Shown: in pieces, positions 10,006 to 18,569 of the stretch | Position numbering within the stretch: position 1 is the stretch's first letter | Layout: every line of letters starts with the position of its first letter | IMG/VR virus record: IMGVR_UViG_3300015261_000002 | Span: 124,001-188,000 of that record | Reading direction: 5' to 3' (one strand) | DNA: 64,000 nucleotides | Notes under the pieces: model-generated | What the model was told of the DNA's origin: nothing | The model's database searches: none | Seen by the model: only the letters and a program-made list of their open reading frames with translations | Made by a program: the position numbers and the translations under genes

Positions 10006-10788
10006 TTAGCTGAGATTGAGGGTACCATTTGCCAGTTGGCGGAATGCCTCTTTCAGGACATCCATGGTAATGATGAGGTTCGCGCTGTTGCCGGCAAGGT
10101 CTGTCTTTTCAGCGGCTGCCATGTTTGGGGTCAGCGGCAGACCGATGTCGGATTTCTTCGCCAAGTGGGCTTCGATCAACGGCAACGAGATGTGTTCTTC
10201 CAGCAGCGACTTCAGCGTCACGCTTTGGCTGTTATCGGTGACCGCCAGGATGAGGCTCTTCAGTTGAGTCATCATCTCGTAGTAGTCGTAGGTCTGATCA
10301 GCTGGGTGATCATGCGGATCTGGTGGGAAGTCCACCGGGATGGTAACCGGGTCGATGTCTGCCCAGTCAGCCACACGAGGGGCGTTCACGATGTTGGCCA
10401 CCAGGGTAGCGAACGCCACTTCGTCAAGAACGAAAGGACCACCGATGGTGTCGTACTTAGGCATCAGTACATCGCCGGCCATAGGGCGCAGCATGATGAT
10501 CGAACCGAAGCAGTTACGGTTGTAGCCAGGAACCGCTGCACCATTCTGGTTGATGTAACCACCGATGAAACGATCAAAGGCATGACCGAAGCAGTAGTCG
10601 TAACCGAGGATCAAAGGATCAGCGCTGCCCTGACGATACAGTTCGAAGTTGCGGCTGAAGAAGGGGGCTGCACGGGGTACGAATTCGACACGGCCGCTTG
10701 CGAAGTCAGCGGTCTTAATGGTCTCCGTGGTGATACGGTTGTTGATGTTTTGTTGGAAGGGGTTCCATGCGTAAACAATGTTGGCCAT
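10006..10788 (-). CDS. Short fibre paralog (N-terminal anchor module only), probable fibre adaptor
   Basis: 260 aa. FVPRAAPFF module and AHLAKKSDIGLPLTPNMAAA match the fibre N-terminal modules; there is no distal domain. Confidence 0.65.
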   Translation of the reverse strand: MANIVYAWNPFQQNINNRITTETIKTADFASGRVEFVPRAAPFFSRNFELYRQGSADPLILGYDYCFGHAFDRFIGGYINQNGAAVPGYNRNCFGSIIMLRPMAGDVLMPKYDTIGGPFVLDEVAFATLVANIVNAPRVADWADIDPVTIPVDFPPDPHDHPADQTYDYYEMMTQLKSLILAVTDNSQSVTLKSLLEEHISLPLIEAHLAKKSDIGLPLTPNMAAAEKTDLAGNSANLIITMDVLKEAFRQLANGTLNLS

Positions 10789-10849
10789 TTCAAAGCTCCA
10801 GGACGCAATAAAAAGGGCATCTTATGACCTGCCCCACATAGTGATACCG

Positions 10850-10882
10850 GCCTCTACAGTAGCCTGTAGGGGCTAGTTTTTT
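10850..10882 (+). terminator. Terminator-like hairpin in the leader of the gp130-like/spanin operon
   Basis: GCCUCUACAG-UAGC-CUGUAGGGGC then UAGUUUUUU on the plus strand, 26 nt before ATG 10909. Confidence 0.6.
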
Positions 10883-10908
10883 CATAGAATCGTAAGGAGT
10901 CTAACCCA

Positions 10909-12147
10909 ATGTACACGTATAAAAGGGCGGTCGGGATCAACCGGCTGATGCCCAGAGGAGAAGAACTTTTAGACATCAGTGCTATTCAAACCAAGGATCT
11001 TTTTACCCAGTTTGATAAACTGATCATTGTCTTTCGCGATGAGTTGGCTTTTCAAGACGTTGCAATGGATGCTTCGTACTACCAGAACCAGCTCACTACC
11101 TTCACCGGTGTGATTCAGGATTGGTTGACCGCAAACGCCAGTGTCCCACTGATCACATCGAACAAACTGCCGGGTAGCGAGTACCGTTTCGTTACTTGCC
11201 ACGATATCCAGTACAAATGGTTCTCTCTGTTGCCGGGTGATGTCAGCCGCGGTGATGACCACCAGGAACACCTCACGGTTCACAATGCCCCAGACATCCG
11301 TGTGGTTAAAACGGATGGTTCGGCTGTGGAGTATGACAAGCTCGTCAGTCGCTCGCTGTGGACGGTTAACAACCACCTGGTACGAGCGGTAGAAGGTAAT
11401 GAGTGCATCTACCTGCTGAACGCTGGCAGACACTTCAACATCAACGACAACATCCATGTCACGAGCTTGAACTTCAATACGGTCTCTGAACTGAAGACCT
11501 ACCCGATCACCCGGGAGATGATCCAGTTCGAAGGCCATGACACCTACAACTTCCTCCACGTAACTTCCCCTGTGTCGCTGAAGGGCAAGACTGTGTGGGC
11601 GTCGATTGGTGGTCGCTTGTACCTCAACGATGTGTTGCAGGTGCGTGGTGAGAACTCGATGGCTGTACGCACCGAGCTGGTCGATTGGTTCTCTCGTATC
11701 TTTGATTCCAAAGACTGGCTCGACCTGGAGAACATCATTCCTCCAGAGCGTCAGGTGGTTAACGAGGACTTCTTCTCGACTGAAGACTTCTTTGTCAAGC
11801 TTTTGACCAACCCTTCAAGCTTCTTGATTGTGTTGGACAACCCTCACCTCTACACCGAGGTTAAACCGCTGATAACCTATCAGTATCCCTTCACGTATCT
11901 GACAGAAGAAAAACGCCCCCTCCCGTTACTGACTGGCGGTGGTCTCCTTCCTAAGTACTTCACCCGCAAGATTATCAACAGGAGACTTCTCGACATCAAT
12001 ATCGGGACTCAACGGAAATACCTCAACGAAAAGACCGGACCCTATAACGAAGGCCATGTCTTCCACGGGTACACCAACCGGTACAAACCGAGTACTCTCC
12101 ACACAGGGTATATTCTTAAAATACGTGGTCTGATTCAAGAGGACTAA
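10909..12147 (+). CDS. Virion structural protein (phiKZ gp130-like)
   Basis: 412 aa, SD AAGGAG. The MYTYKRAVG start, size and position beside the fibre genes fit this conserved family; family assignment from memory. Confidence 0.55.
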   Translation: MYTYKRAVGINRLMPRGEELLDISAIQTKDLFTQFDKLIIVFRDELAFQDVAMDASYYQNQLTTFTGVIQDWLTANASVPLITSNKLPGSEYRFVTCHDIQYKWFSLLPGDVSRGDDHQEHLTVHNAPDIRVVKTDGSAVEYDKLVSRSLWTVNNHLVRAVEGNECIYLLNAGRHFNINDNIHVTSLNFNTVSELKTYPITREMIQFEGHDTYNFLHVTSPVSLKGKTVWASIGGRLYLNDVLQVRGENSMAVRTELVDWFSRIFDSKDWLDLENIIPPERQVVNEDFFSTEDFFVKLLTNPSSFLIVLDNPHLYTEVKPLITYQYPFTYLTEEKRPLPLLTGGGLLPKYFTRKIINRRLLDINIGTQRKYLNEKTGPYNEGHVFHGYTNRYKPSTLHTGYILKIRGLIQED

Positions 12148-12151
12148 CCAC

Positions 12152-12700
12152 ATGGGTGCGGAGATCAAAGATATGTTCTTCACGGATAAGTTACGCGGCA
12201 TCGTCAGTACGTTGTTCATGCTGATCCTTATCGCTCTCGTTGCAGGCAGTTGGGCGTTTCCTCGCCAGACCTCCAGCAACCTCGATGAGAAGTCGCTTAA
12301 TACCCTCAATGAGGTCAGCGTGCAGCTCAAGAATGCTGCTGACAATTTCGAAAAACAGGCAAATGAATCGTCTCAACTCCGGGAAACCCTGAGTCGAACG
12401 TTTGAGATGCAAAAAGGTGAACGTGATGACGTCTATCTCAAAATCATGCAACGTTACGGGCTGGATCCCACCAAGCTGGAATCCACTCCGGGTAGTTTTA
12501 CTGGCTCTCCTGCTTCTTCTACCATTATCAATGTCGGGGTGCTCCCACCAGACGACGGTAAACGAAGCGTCAACGTATCTACAAGCTCAGGCCATACAGG
12601 TGGAGATCGACAGCTACAGGGCGCAGCTGGAAAGAACAAAGAGCGAGTTGACGAAAGTTCTGCCCCAGTTCCAGCAGGTGGATCCAAATCCCCCCATTAG
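12152..12700 (+). CDS. Putative i-spanin (Rz-like)
   Basis: 182 aa. One N-terminal TM helix (GIVSTLFMLILIALVAGSWAF), then a coiled-coil and a flexible S/G/P-rich tail. Overlapped by a lipoprotein gene in another frame. Confidence 0.7.
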   Translation: MGAEIKDMFFTDKLRGIVSTLFMLILIALVAGSWAFPRQTSSNLDEKSLNTLNEVSVQLKNAADNFEKQANESSQLRETLSRTFEMQKGERDDVYLKIMQRYGLDPTKLESTPGSFTGSPASSTIINVGVLPPDDGKRSVNVSTSSGHTGGDRQLQGAAGKNKERVDESSAPVPAGGSKSPH

Positions 12701-13016
12701 CCTTACAGGCCCTCTGACAGCCTTTCTTGAAGACAACGACTGCCTTAAGGCAGCGGACAAGAAATATTGTTACCAGCTGACCGTCACCCAACTGATCTTG
12801 ACGACACAAAAGTTGGATGAACAGAACCTGAGTAACTGGGCTGCCAAACAAACGATTGCGCAGTTGGTTTCGAATATCAACTTTATCATCTCCGGGCTGG
12901 AGAAAAAGAGTGACTCCCTGACACCCGCTGGGGTAAAGGCAGCTATTCAGAAAGCGATTGTGCCGTCAACACCCCCTCCTATCCAGACGTCCGTTCCGGA
13001 TAAACAACCGCAGTAA
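12426..13016 (+). CDS. Putative o-spanin (Rz1-like lipoprotein)
   Basis: ATG 12426 with SD AAGGTG. Hydrophobic signal RVVLLALLLLLPLSMSG|C, lipobox Cys at 12540-12542. Two periplasmic Cys and a Pro-rich C-terminus. Overlaps the i-spanin by 275 nt. Confidence 0.72.
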   Translation: MTSISKSCNVTGWIPPSWNPLRVVLLALLLLLPLSMSGCSHQTTVNEASTYLQAQAIQVEIDSYRAQLERTKSELTKVLPQFQQVDPNPPISLTGPLTAFLEDNDCLKAADKKYCYQLTVTQLILTTQKLDEQNLSNWAAKQTIAQLVSNINFIISGLEKKSDSLTPAGVKAAIQKAIVPSTPPPIQTSVPDKQPQ

Positions 13017-13064
13017 CGCAGCAACTAGGAAGTAATGGGTAATAATGGGATGTAATGCGTAATA

Positions 13065-13100
13065 GCCTAACCAGGAGCCCCTAAAGGCTCCTGGTTAGGT
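13065..13100. terminator. Bidirectional terminator between convergent spanin and holin-like genes
   Basis: Near-perfect 15-bp stem GCCTAACCAGGAGCC / GGCTCCTGGTTAGGT. Confidence 0.8.
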
Positions 13101-13114
13101 ATATGTACGGTTGG

Positions 13115-13720
13115 TCAGTATTGCGGTGGAGCAGGAGGACCTGGAGGTGGAGTCTCTGGTCGATCCGTCGAGCGACGTTGTTGATTGGTGTCATTCGGGT
13201 TAGCAACAAACCCCGTCATGGCGTTCTTCAACCGATCTTGCACACCGCGCACTTGCATGATCGTTGAAATGGTCTTGCTGGAGTTCATGAACGTCCACGC
13301 CACCACAATAGGTCCGACGTTGGCGATAAACATCGTGGTCTCGGAAGGCCACCCATTTCCACCGGTCACAGACTTGTACGTGGTGTACGCATTCACAATG
13401 GCGATGATGCACGTGGTTACAGCTGCCAAGATACCACCGGCATTACGCAACATCACCGACCACATACCAAAGACTTCACGCTCGATGCCGACTGGCGCAA
13501 CAGTGTGGGTGATCTTCTTTACCGTAGCGGCCTCTACAACAGGTGCTACAGCCGTTTGATCCTCCACGGCAGCTGCCAGTGCACCTTGTTCTTCAACAGG
13601 GCTTACCGGCGCTTCCAGGGGCACTACGACTTCTTCAACAACGGTCTTCACCACAGTACCTGGAGAGCGTGTTGTATCCACAACCTCCTCCCCTGGTTTT
13701 ACAGGTTCTTGGGTACTCAT
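13115..13720 (-). CDS. Two-TM membrane protein, holin candidate
   Basis: Start ATG 13720 (SD GGAG; ATGA overlap with the resolvase stop). Acidic P/V/A-rich N-tail, two hydrophobic segments (AGGILAAVTTCIIAIVNAY; MFIANVGPIVVAWTFM), charged Pro-rich C-tail. Adjacent to the spanin pair. Confidence 0.45.
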   Translation of the reverse strand: MSTQEPVKPGEEVVDTTRSPGTVVKTVVEEVVVPLEAPVSPVEEQGALAAAVEDQTAVAPVVEAATVKKITHTVAPVGIEREVFGMWSVMLRNAGGILAAVTTCIIAIVNAYTTYKSVTGGNGWPSETTMFIANVGPIVVAWTFMNSSKTISTIMQVRGVQDRLKNAMTGFVANPNDTNQQRRSTDRPETPPPGPPAPPQY

Positions 13721-14304
13721 TTCCATACTCCATAGTTCTTGGCAATCTGGATCGCACGGAAGAGCGTTACAGCACCGGCGTCAATGGTGTGTTCGTCTAC
13801 AACGGTGAGGTCAATGCCATTCCAGTCCAGCATAGGGAATTCCAACAACCCTTTGCGGACATCTTCCTTTTGAGTGCCTTTAAAGTTAGCACCCACCACT
13901 CCCTTGGCCAAATTAGGAAGCACCATACTCAAATGGATACCCCGTTCAATGTAACCACCCGACAACAGACCCACAAACTGAATCAACTGTTTGAAGGTCA
14001 ATGCTGACATCCCCAGGAAGTTATCTTCGCAGATACCTGTGTCCGGTTTGAAGATGTCGATGAGAGTATTGTTTGCACGTGCCAATCCATAGCTACGTGC
14101 AGCCACGCCAGTACCCGCAGTGTCGTCGTATTGCGCAGGAATGTCGTAGATGACCTTATCACCGTAAATGGTGTTCGCGTACAACAGCTTAAAGGGGGCT
14201 GGTTTAGCGATGTTGACATCTACAACAAACGCCCCCAGGTTAGTGGTAGACGGGTCGTTTCCTTGGACCCGTACCACATCGGGGGACTTTACGTCCTCAT
14301 GCAT
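13717..14304 (-). CDS. ruvC: RuvC-like Holliday junction resolvase
   Basis: 195 aa. N-terminal strand VQGNDPSTTNLG (RuvC G-x-D-P motif) and C-terminal DEHTIDAGAV (H-x-x-D-A). Confidence 0.8.
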   Translation of the reverse strand: MHEDVKSPDVVRVQGNDPSTTNLGAFVVDVNIAKPAPFKLLYANTIYGDKVIYDIPAQYDDTAGTGVAARSYGLARANNTLIDIFKPDTGICEDNFLGMSALTFKQLIQFVGLLSGGYIERGIHLSMVLPNLAKGVVGANFKGTQKEDVRKGLLEFPMLDWNGIDLTVVDEHTIDAGAVTLFRAIQIAKNYGVWK

Positions 14305-14906
14305 ATGAATCCTTTTTGTTCGCCATGCAGGATCTCGATAACAGCCACCATTGGTGACGGGTCCATCGGGAACTCTGCTGGCAGATCTTCACTTGGGCCT
14401 TTATAGACCAGTCGGAAGCCACCCACTGCACGATCACCCAGAGTGCCGGAAACCCAGCCGCCGAGAAATTGGTATGCGTTGAGCAGGTTCTTCAGGTCAA
14501 AGGCAACGTTGTTGTCGGTGCCGGTGGTGGGGTACGTATTACCCGAACCTACTGCATCGAGGAATTCCAGTTCAACCGCAGAGCCCAGTACAATCACAGG
14601 ACCCAGCAGTTCAGCGACTGCCACTTCACTGACCAGCGGGTTCTCGAGTGTCAGCGGACCGTCCACTGTAACAGGAGTAACCTTCGAGGTCTTGTTAACG
14701 AAGCTGGCAATCACTTCACGAGACTTGGGGTCGATCAGATCGATCTGCAACGTCATGTCCGTGTTCCAGAAGGTTTGAGACTTCTTGAACAGCGAAGCGT
14801 CTAACGAGGTCTGATAGAATCCGTTCGCCAGTGTAATTGCCTCGTCACTGGTCATCGCTGGAGTCAGTGGAACGTGCGCACCTTTAAGGATCTCAGGAAA
14901 CTCCAT
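14289..14906 (-). CDS. Conserved hypothetical, probably virion-associated
   Basis: Start probably ATG 14906 (MEFPEILK, G-rich SD); 205 aa, coupled to neighbours in the structural operon. Confidence 0.6.
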   Translation of the reverse strand: MEFPEILKGAHVPLTPAMTSDEAITLANGFYQTSLDASLFKKSQTFWNTDMTLQIDLIDPKSREVIASFVNKTSKVTPVTVDGPLTLENPLVSEVAVAELLGPVIVLGSAVELEFLDAVGSGNTYPTTGTDNNVAFDLKNLLNAYQFLGGWVSGTLGDRAVGGFRLVYKGPSEDLPAEFPMDPSPMVAVIEILHGEQKGFICMRT

Positions 14907-14916
14907 GAAACCCCCC

Positions 14917-15846
14917 TTAAGCGCCAGTAGTGGCGTTCGTGTGCAGCAGCATAGGTTCGCTGGCACCGTGGTCGAAGGCGTACTGGATACGTACGTTGTT
15001 CAGGGCAGCACGGGCATCACGCTCGGTGATGTAGTGGGCATAAACAGCGCTCAGTACTTCATCGTAACGAATGGTTGCACCTTGACCGATAGAACCATCC
15101 GTCTTGGTGTCGATACCGTAGGCAATACCCACTTCGTTTGGAGCAGCCAGGCTGGCGTCGCCAAACTTAACGCGGCAGGCGTTTTCCATTTCGCGCAGGT
15201 CGGTTTGATCCAACGAGCAATCGAGGATAGCCGAGTTGTTCATGTACTGGTTGCTGATCGGCACAGAACCGTTGCTGGTGAAGTCCACCGGCTGCGGATT
15301 GAACAGATCGTCTTTCACCGGGATGTAAGGAACCGGCGTTTCGTTGTTGTCGTCATCGCGGGTGATCACAACGACCTGAGGGTTGTAGCTGGCGAAGTTG
15401 ATAACCTTCAGCCAGTAGAACGCGTAGGCCACACCGTTGATGTCTTCAACAGTACGCATGCGATACTTCGCACGGTTGATGCTGTTGAGGTCGGCATCCA
15501 CCGGACGGCAGATAAACGGAATCGGTACAAACAGATTGCCGTCTTTCGGTTGGTGCTGGTTGACCTTCAGCAGGGTAGTACCCAGAGCGGTCTTACCAAC
15601 TGCATCCGCACCGCGAATACCGATGCCGAAATACTTCAGGCTGAAGTCATCACCGTTCTTCAGACCGATCGACTCTTCTGCCAGAATGCCGTGGAACTCG
15701 TTGAGGGTGGTCCACTGCGGCAGGGTGAAGTTTTGTTTGGTGTTGGAACACTTTGCGATCAGCCCACCCCAGGCTGTGTTGGTCACCGACTGAGTAGGAA
15801 CCTCAGAACGGTTCTGGTCTTGAAGTTCGGTTGCAGAAAGAGCCAT
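14917..15846 (-). CDS. Virion structural/baseplate protein (phiKZ gp139-like)
   Basis: About 309 aa. KYFGIGIRG...HQPKDGNLFVPIPF...YAFYWLK pattern typical of this jumbo-phage family; synteny. Confidence 0.6.
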   Translation of the reverse strand: MALSATELQDQNRSEVPTQSVTNTAWGGLIAKCSNTKQNFTLPQWTTLNEFHGILAEESIGLKNGDDFSLKYFGIGIRGADAVGKTALGTTLLKVNQHQPKDGNLFVPIPFICRPVDADLNSINRAKYRMRTVEDINGVAYAFYWLKVINFASYNPQVVVITRDDDNNETPVPYIPVKDDLFNPQPVDFTSNGSVPISNQYMNNSAILDCSLDQTDLREMENACRVKFGDASLAAPNEVGIAYGIDTKTDGSIGQGATIRYDEVLSAVYAHYITERDARAALNNVRIQYAFDHGASEPMLLHTNATTGA

Positions 15847-15858
15847 AATCAAAAATCC

Positions 15859-16260
15859 CTATAGTCGGGTTATGCGGAAACTGTTCTTAAAGCGCATAGA
15901 ATCCGGGGCTAACGTCACCACGACTGCGCTTCTTTCCAGAGTTAAATAACGAATGTCCTGGGCCAAGAGACGATGGCCGGTAAAACGATACACCCAATCT
16001 GCAATGAAGGCTTTATTGGGGTCGCTCTCAAGCTGTAGCCGGTACTCTGCGGGAATGTCCAGCGCACGGTAAGCGGTCAAGCCGCTCATGTCCGTGCGCT
16101 TGTAGACATACACCTGACCAGCCTTGCCGTCTTCAACGTAGAACACGGGATCGCCGTTCGCCTGTACCTGAGTAAAAGACAGGCTAACCGAATTGCGATC
16201 CTTGATCCTGTTGTCTTCACAGTAGCGTTCTTTAACTAACGCCAAGACTTTTCTGTTCAA
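15859..16260 (-). CDS. Small conserved virion-associated protein
   Basis: 133 aa, TTG start with SD GGAG, in the baseplate operon. Confidence 0.55.
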   Translation of the reverse strand: MNRKVLALVKERYCEDNRIKDRNSVSLSFTQVQANGDPVFYVEDGKAGQVYVYKRTDMSGLTAYRALDIPAEYRLQLESDPNKAFIADWVYRFTGHRLLAQDIRYLTLERSAVVVTLAPDSMRFKNSFRITRL

Positions 16261-16270
16261 GGTGCTCTCC

Positions 16271-18547
16271 TTAGAGATCGCCGTTAGGCTTTAAACCACC
16301 GTAGTAGGTGCGCGGGATAACCTTAGCCGGAACCACTGGATCTTCTTCAGGCGACAACAGGCCGTAGTAAGTCCCAGGAATGGTGTAACCGTCTTCAGGC
16401 TCCAACTCCCCGTAATAGGTAGGCGGAATAACCAGCGGTGCCAGAGCCCCATCTGGGAGCATACGCAGATAGCTGTTGTCATACAGCTTGATCGCATAGT
16501 CTGCCAGGTTGTTTGTCAGGTTAACTGGTTTGAAGATATCGTGCGTGATGATATCAATCTTCATCTCGCTATCCGCTACCAACACCGGATCCGGGTTACT
16601 GATGATCGGGATGTTTGCTTCCAGGGCATGGATGCTGTCCATGTTGGAATGCTGGGTAATCATGACGTTTTTGAAATCGCCATAACTGCCGTTACCAACC
16701 CCTACCCAACGAGAATCCCCTACAAAGGTTTCGTTGACCAGTTCCGTTTGATCCGTACCGTCGTTGATGTCTTTTACAATGTGAATCGTGTAGGACGACA
16801 ACTCAGACATGATGTCAATCAGATCGCTCTGTTTAACCCGTGTCGACGGCGTTGCGTTGGTATCCCACCCAGTCACCCTTTTAAAGATGTCCCAGGAGAA
16901 GTTACGCGCTTCCTCGGCGGTGTAATCAGTGAAGTCCAACTCGTAGGTTTTAAGCAACGAGTCGAAGTCACCGTATTCCGTCAGGTTAACGATACCCGAG
17001 TCATACATCAATTTGCAGCTGTTCTTCACCCGGGCTCTTTTGTTCAGATCGTAGAACTGACTGTAGAGCTTTTTATGCTTCCACATGGTTCCGTAGACTT
17101 CAGTGGCGTACTGGATCAAATAATCCGGGGCCAAGAAGGGGGCTACAGGGAACCAGAGCTTTTGGATGTCGGCGGCTACATAAGGACGAATGAAATCGGG
17201 ACCGCCGATCTCAATGATCTCGTCAATGGTCGGGGGCTTCAGTTTCAGAACGTTCTGGTAATACGCTGGTTCGATTACCAGGGGGCTTTTACCCTTGGCG
17301 TACTCTACCAGGTACTTCCAAATGTAATAGGCGTCTCCCACGGGCAGTCGGTATTGCTTACCGCTCTTGGGGTCAACCGTAATTACTTTGCCATTGAAGA
17401 TCTTGTTACCCGCCAGGTAGATCCACTCGTTGTACACGACCTTCATCAATGTATCGATGTGACGGTTCGTGTAGTCCATCATTGAGGACTCAAGCGCCTT
17501 GGTAGGCAGCTCGGAGTGCAGGCTGTACTTACCTTTGACCAGCGCATCGTCCAGATAGAAATCAGTCTGGTCGTAATTCTCCTTTGCCATCACCTGTTGC
17601 TTAGTGATCATGGCTTGGGTGTCAATAAACGAAGCAGTGCGACCGTAGACGTCTACCAGGTTCATTTGCATGCGACGGTACAGCGGTGTAGGGGTCAAGT
17701 CTTCCAGCTGTGTTTCAGTCGACGATACCATGTCAAACCGAGCCAACGGAATGTTAGCTTTCGTCAACAGGTTCTTCATCAACTTGTCAAACGTGTACTG
17801 CTGGCCGGGGTTGTTACGCACCCAAGCAATGTTACGAAACAACCACATCGTTTGTTCTTTGCTGAGGCTGCGCTTGTACTGCGAGAACTCACCAAAGGAA
17901 TCGATATGGCTCCACACGAAGAACTCGTGTGTATGACGTGTGTAGCAGTATTCCAGACGGATCGCGTGGATCGCACCCAGCAGGTGTGCATAGAGCTTTT
18001 CAAGCATCCACGTCAGGAACAAGTCGTCGGTTGTAACGTAGTCATTCTTCATCGAATGAATTACATCACTGTTGACGAACTCCTGCAATTTGGGGATGAG
18101 TTGCTCCTCGTTCCAAAGCACCAGACTCTTGTTGTAGCGCAGAATCTTATAGTCTTTGGCCTCGATGGTTTCAGAGTACGGGATTGGTGAGAGTATGCCG
18201 TTGATCAAAACAATTTGGCTTTGGTACTCATCGGCTAGCCGATTAAACCAGTACCCACCTTTACTGTACTCCCGATTTGTTGCGAGGTGCAGCTTCAAGT
18301 TCTCTTTGTTGAAAACAATCCGTTCACCAGTATCAATGGAATTAATCCACATGATCTCATCATTGGGGTGGTAATCCCCGTTGAGGTTCATGTAATAACG
18401 CCATGTCGTTTTGTCCGAAGATACGGAATACCCAGCGTCAGTCAACACCAGGTTATCTCGTTCGGCCAAGGCCTCGATTTTGATAACCATGGTTCGAACT
18501 AGGCTGAAAGTGTCCGTGTGATACTTATCCAGATCGACACTATTCAT
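16271..18547 (-). CDS. Virion structural/baseplate protein (phiKZ gp128-like)
   Basis: 758 aa, divergent from the portal as in phiKZ gp128/gp129; TWRYYMNLNGDYH N-terminal motif. Confidence 0.65.
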   Translation of the reverse strand: MNSVDLDKYHTDTFSLVRTMVIKIEALAERDNLVLTDAGYSVSSDKTTWRYYMNLNGDYHPNDEIMWINSIDTGERIVFNKENLKLHLATNREYSKGGYWFNRLADEYQSQIVLINGILSPIPYSETIEAKDYKILRYNKSLVLWNEEQLIPKLQEFVNSDVIHSMKNDYVTTDDLFLTWMLEKLYAHLLGAIHAIRLEYCYTRHTHEFFVWSHIDSFGEFSQYKRSLSKEQTMWLFRNIAWVRNNPGQQYTFDKLMKNLLTKANIPLARFDMVSSTETQLEDLTPTPLYRRMQMNLVDVYGRTASFIDTQAMITKQQVMAKENYDQTDFYLDDALVKGKYSLHSELPTKALESSMMDYTNRHIDTLMKVVYNEWIYLAGNKIFNGKVITVDPKSGKQYRLPVGDAYYIWKYLVEYAKGKSPLVIEPAYYQNVLKLKPPTIDEIIEIGGPDFIRPYVAADIQKLWFPVAPFLAPDYLIQYATEVYGTMWKHKKLYSQFYDLNKRARVKNSCKLMYDSGIVNLTEYGDFDSLLKTYELDFTDYTAEEARNFSWDIFKRVTGWDTNATPSTRVKQSDLIDIMSELSSYTIHIVKDINDGTDQTELVNETFVGDSRWVGVGNGSYGDFKNVMITQHSNMDSIHALEANIPIISNPDPVLVADSEMKIDIITHDIFKPVNLTNNLADYAIKLYDNSYLRMLPDGALAPLVIPPTYYGELEPEDGYTIPGTYYGLLSPEEDPVVPAKVIPRTYYGGLKPNGDL

Positions 18548-18569
18548 AGTTTAACTCGTGAGGTTTAAT

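Noticed and set aside
13718-13726. Met-Glu-Met as a lambda-S-like holin/antiholin dual start
   Set aside because: The only SD (GGAG) is 1 nt from the first ATG and 7 nt from the second, which is also ATGA-coupled to the resolvase stop. A single start at 13720 is more plausible.
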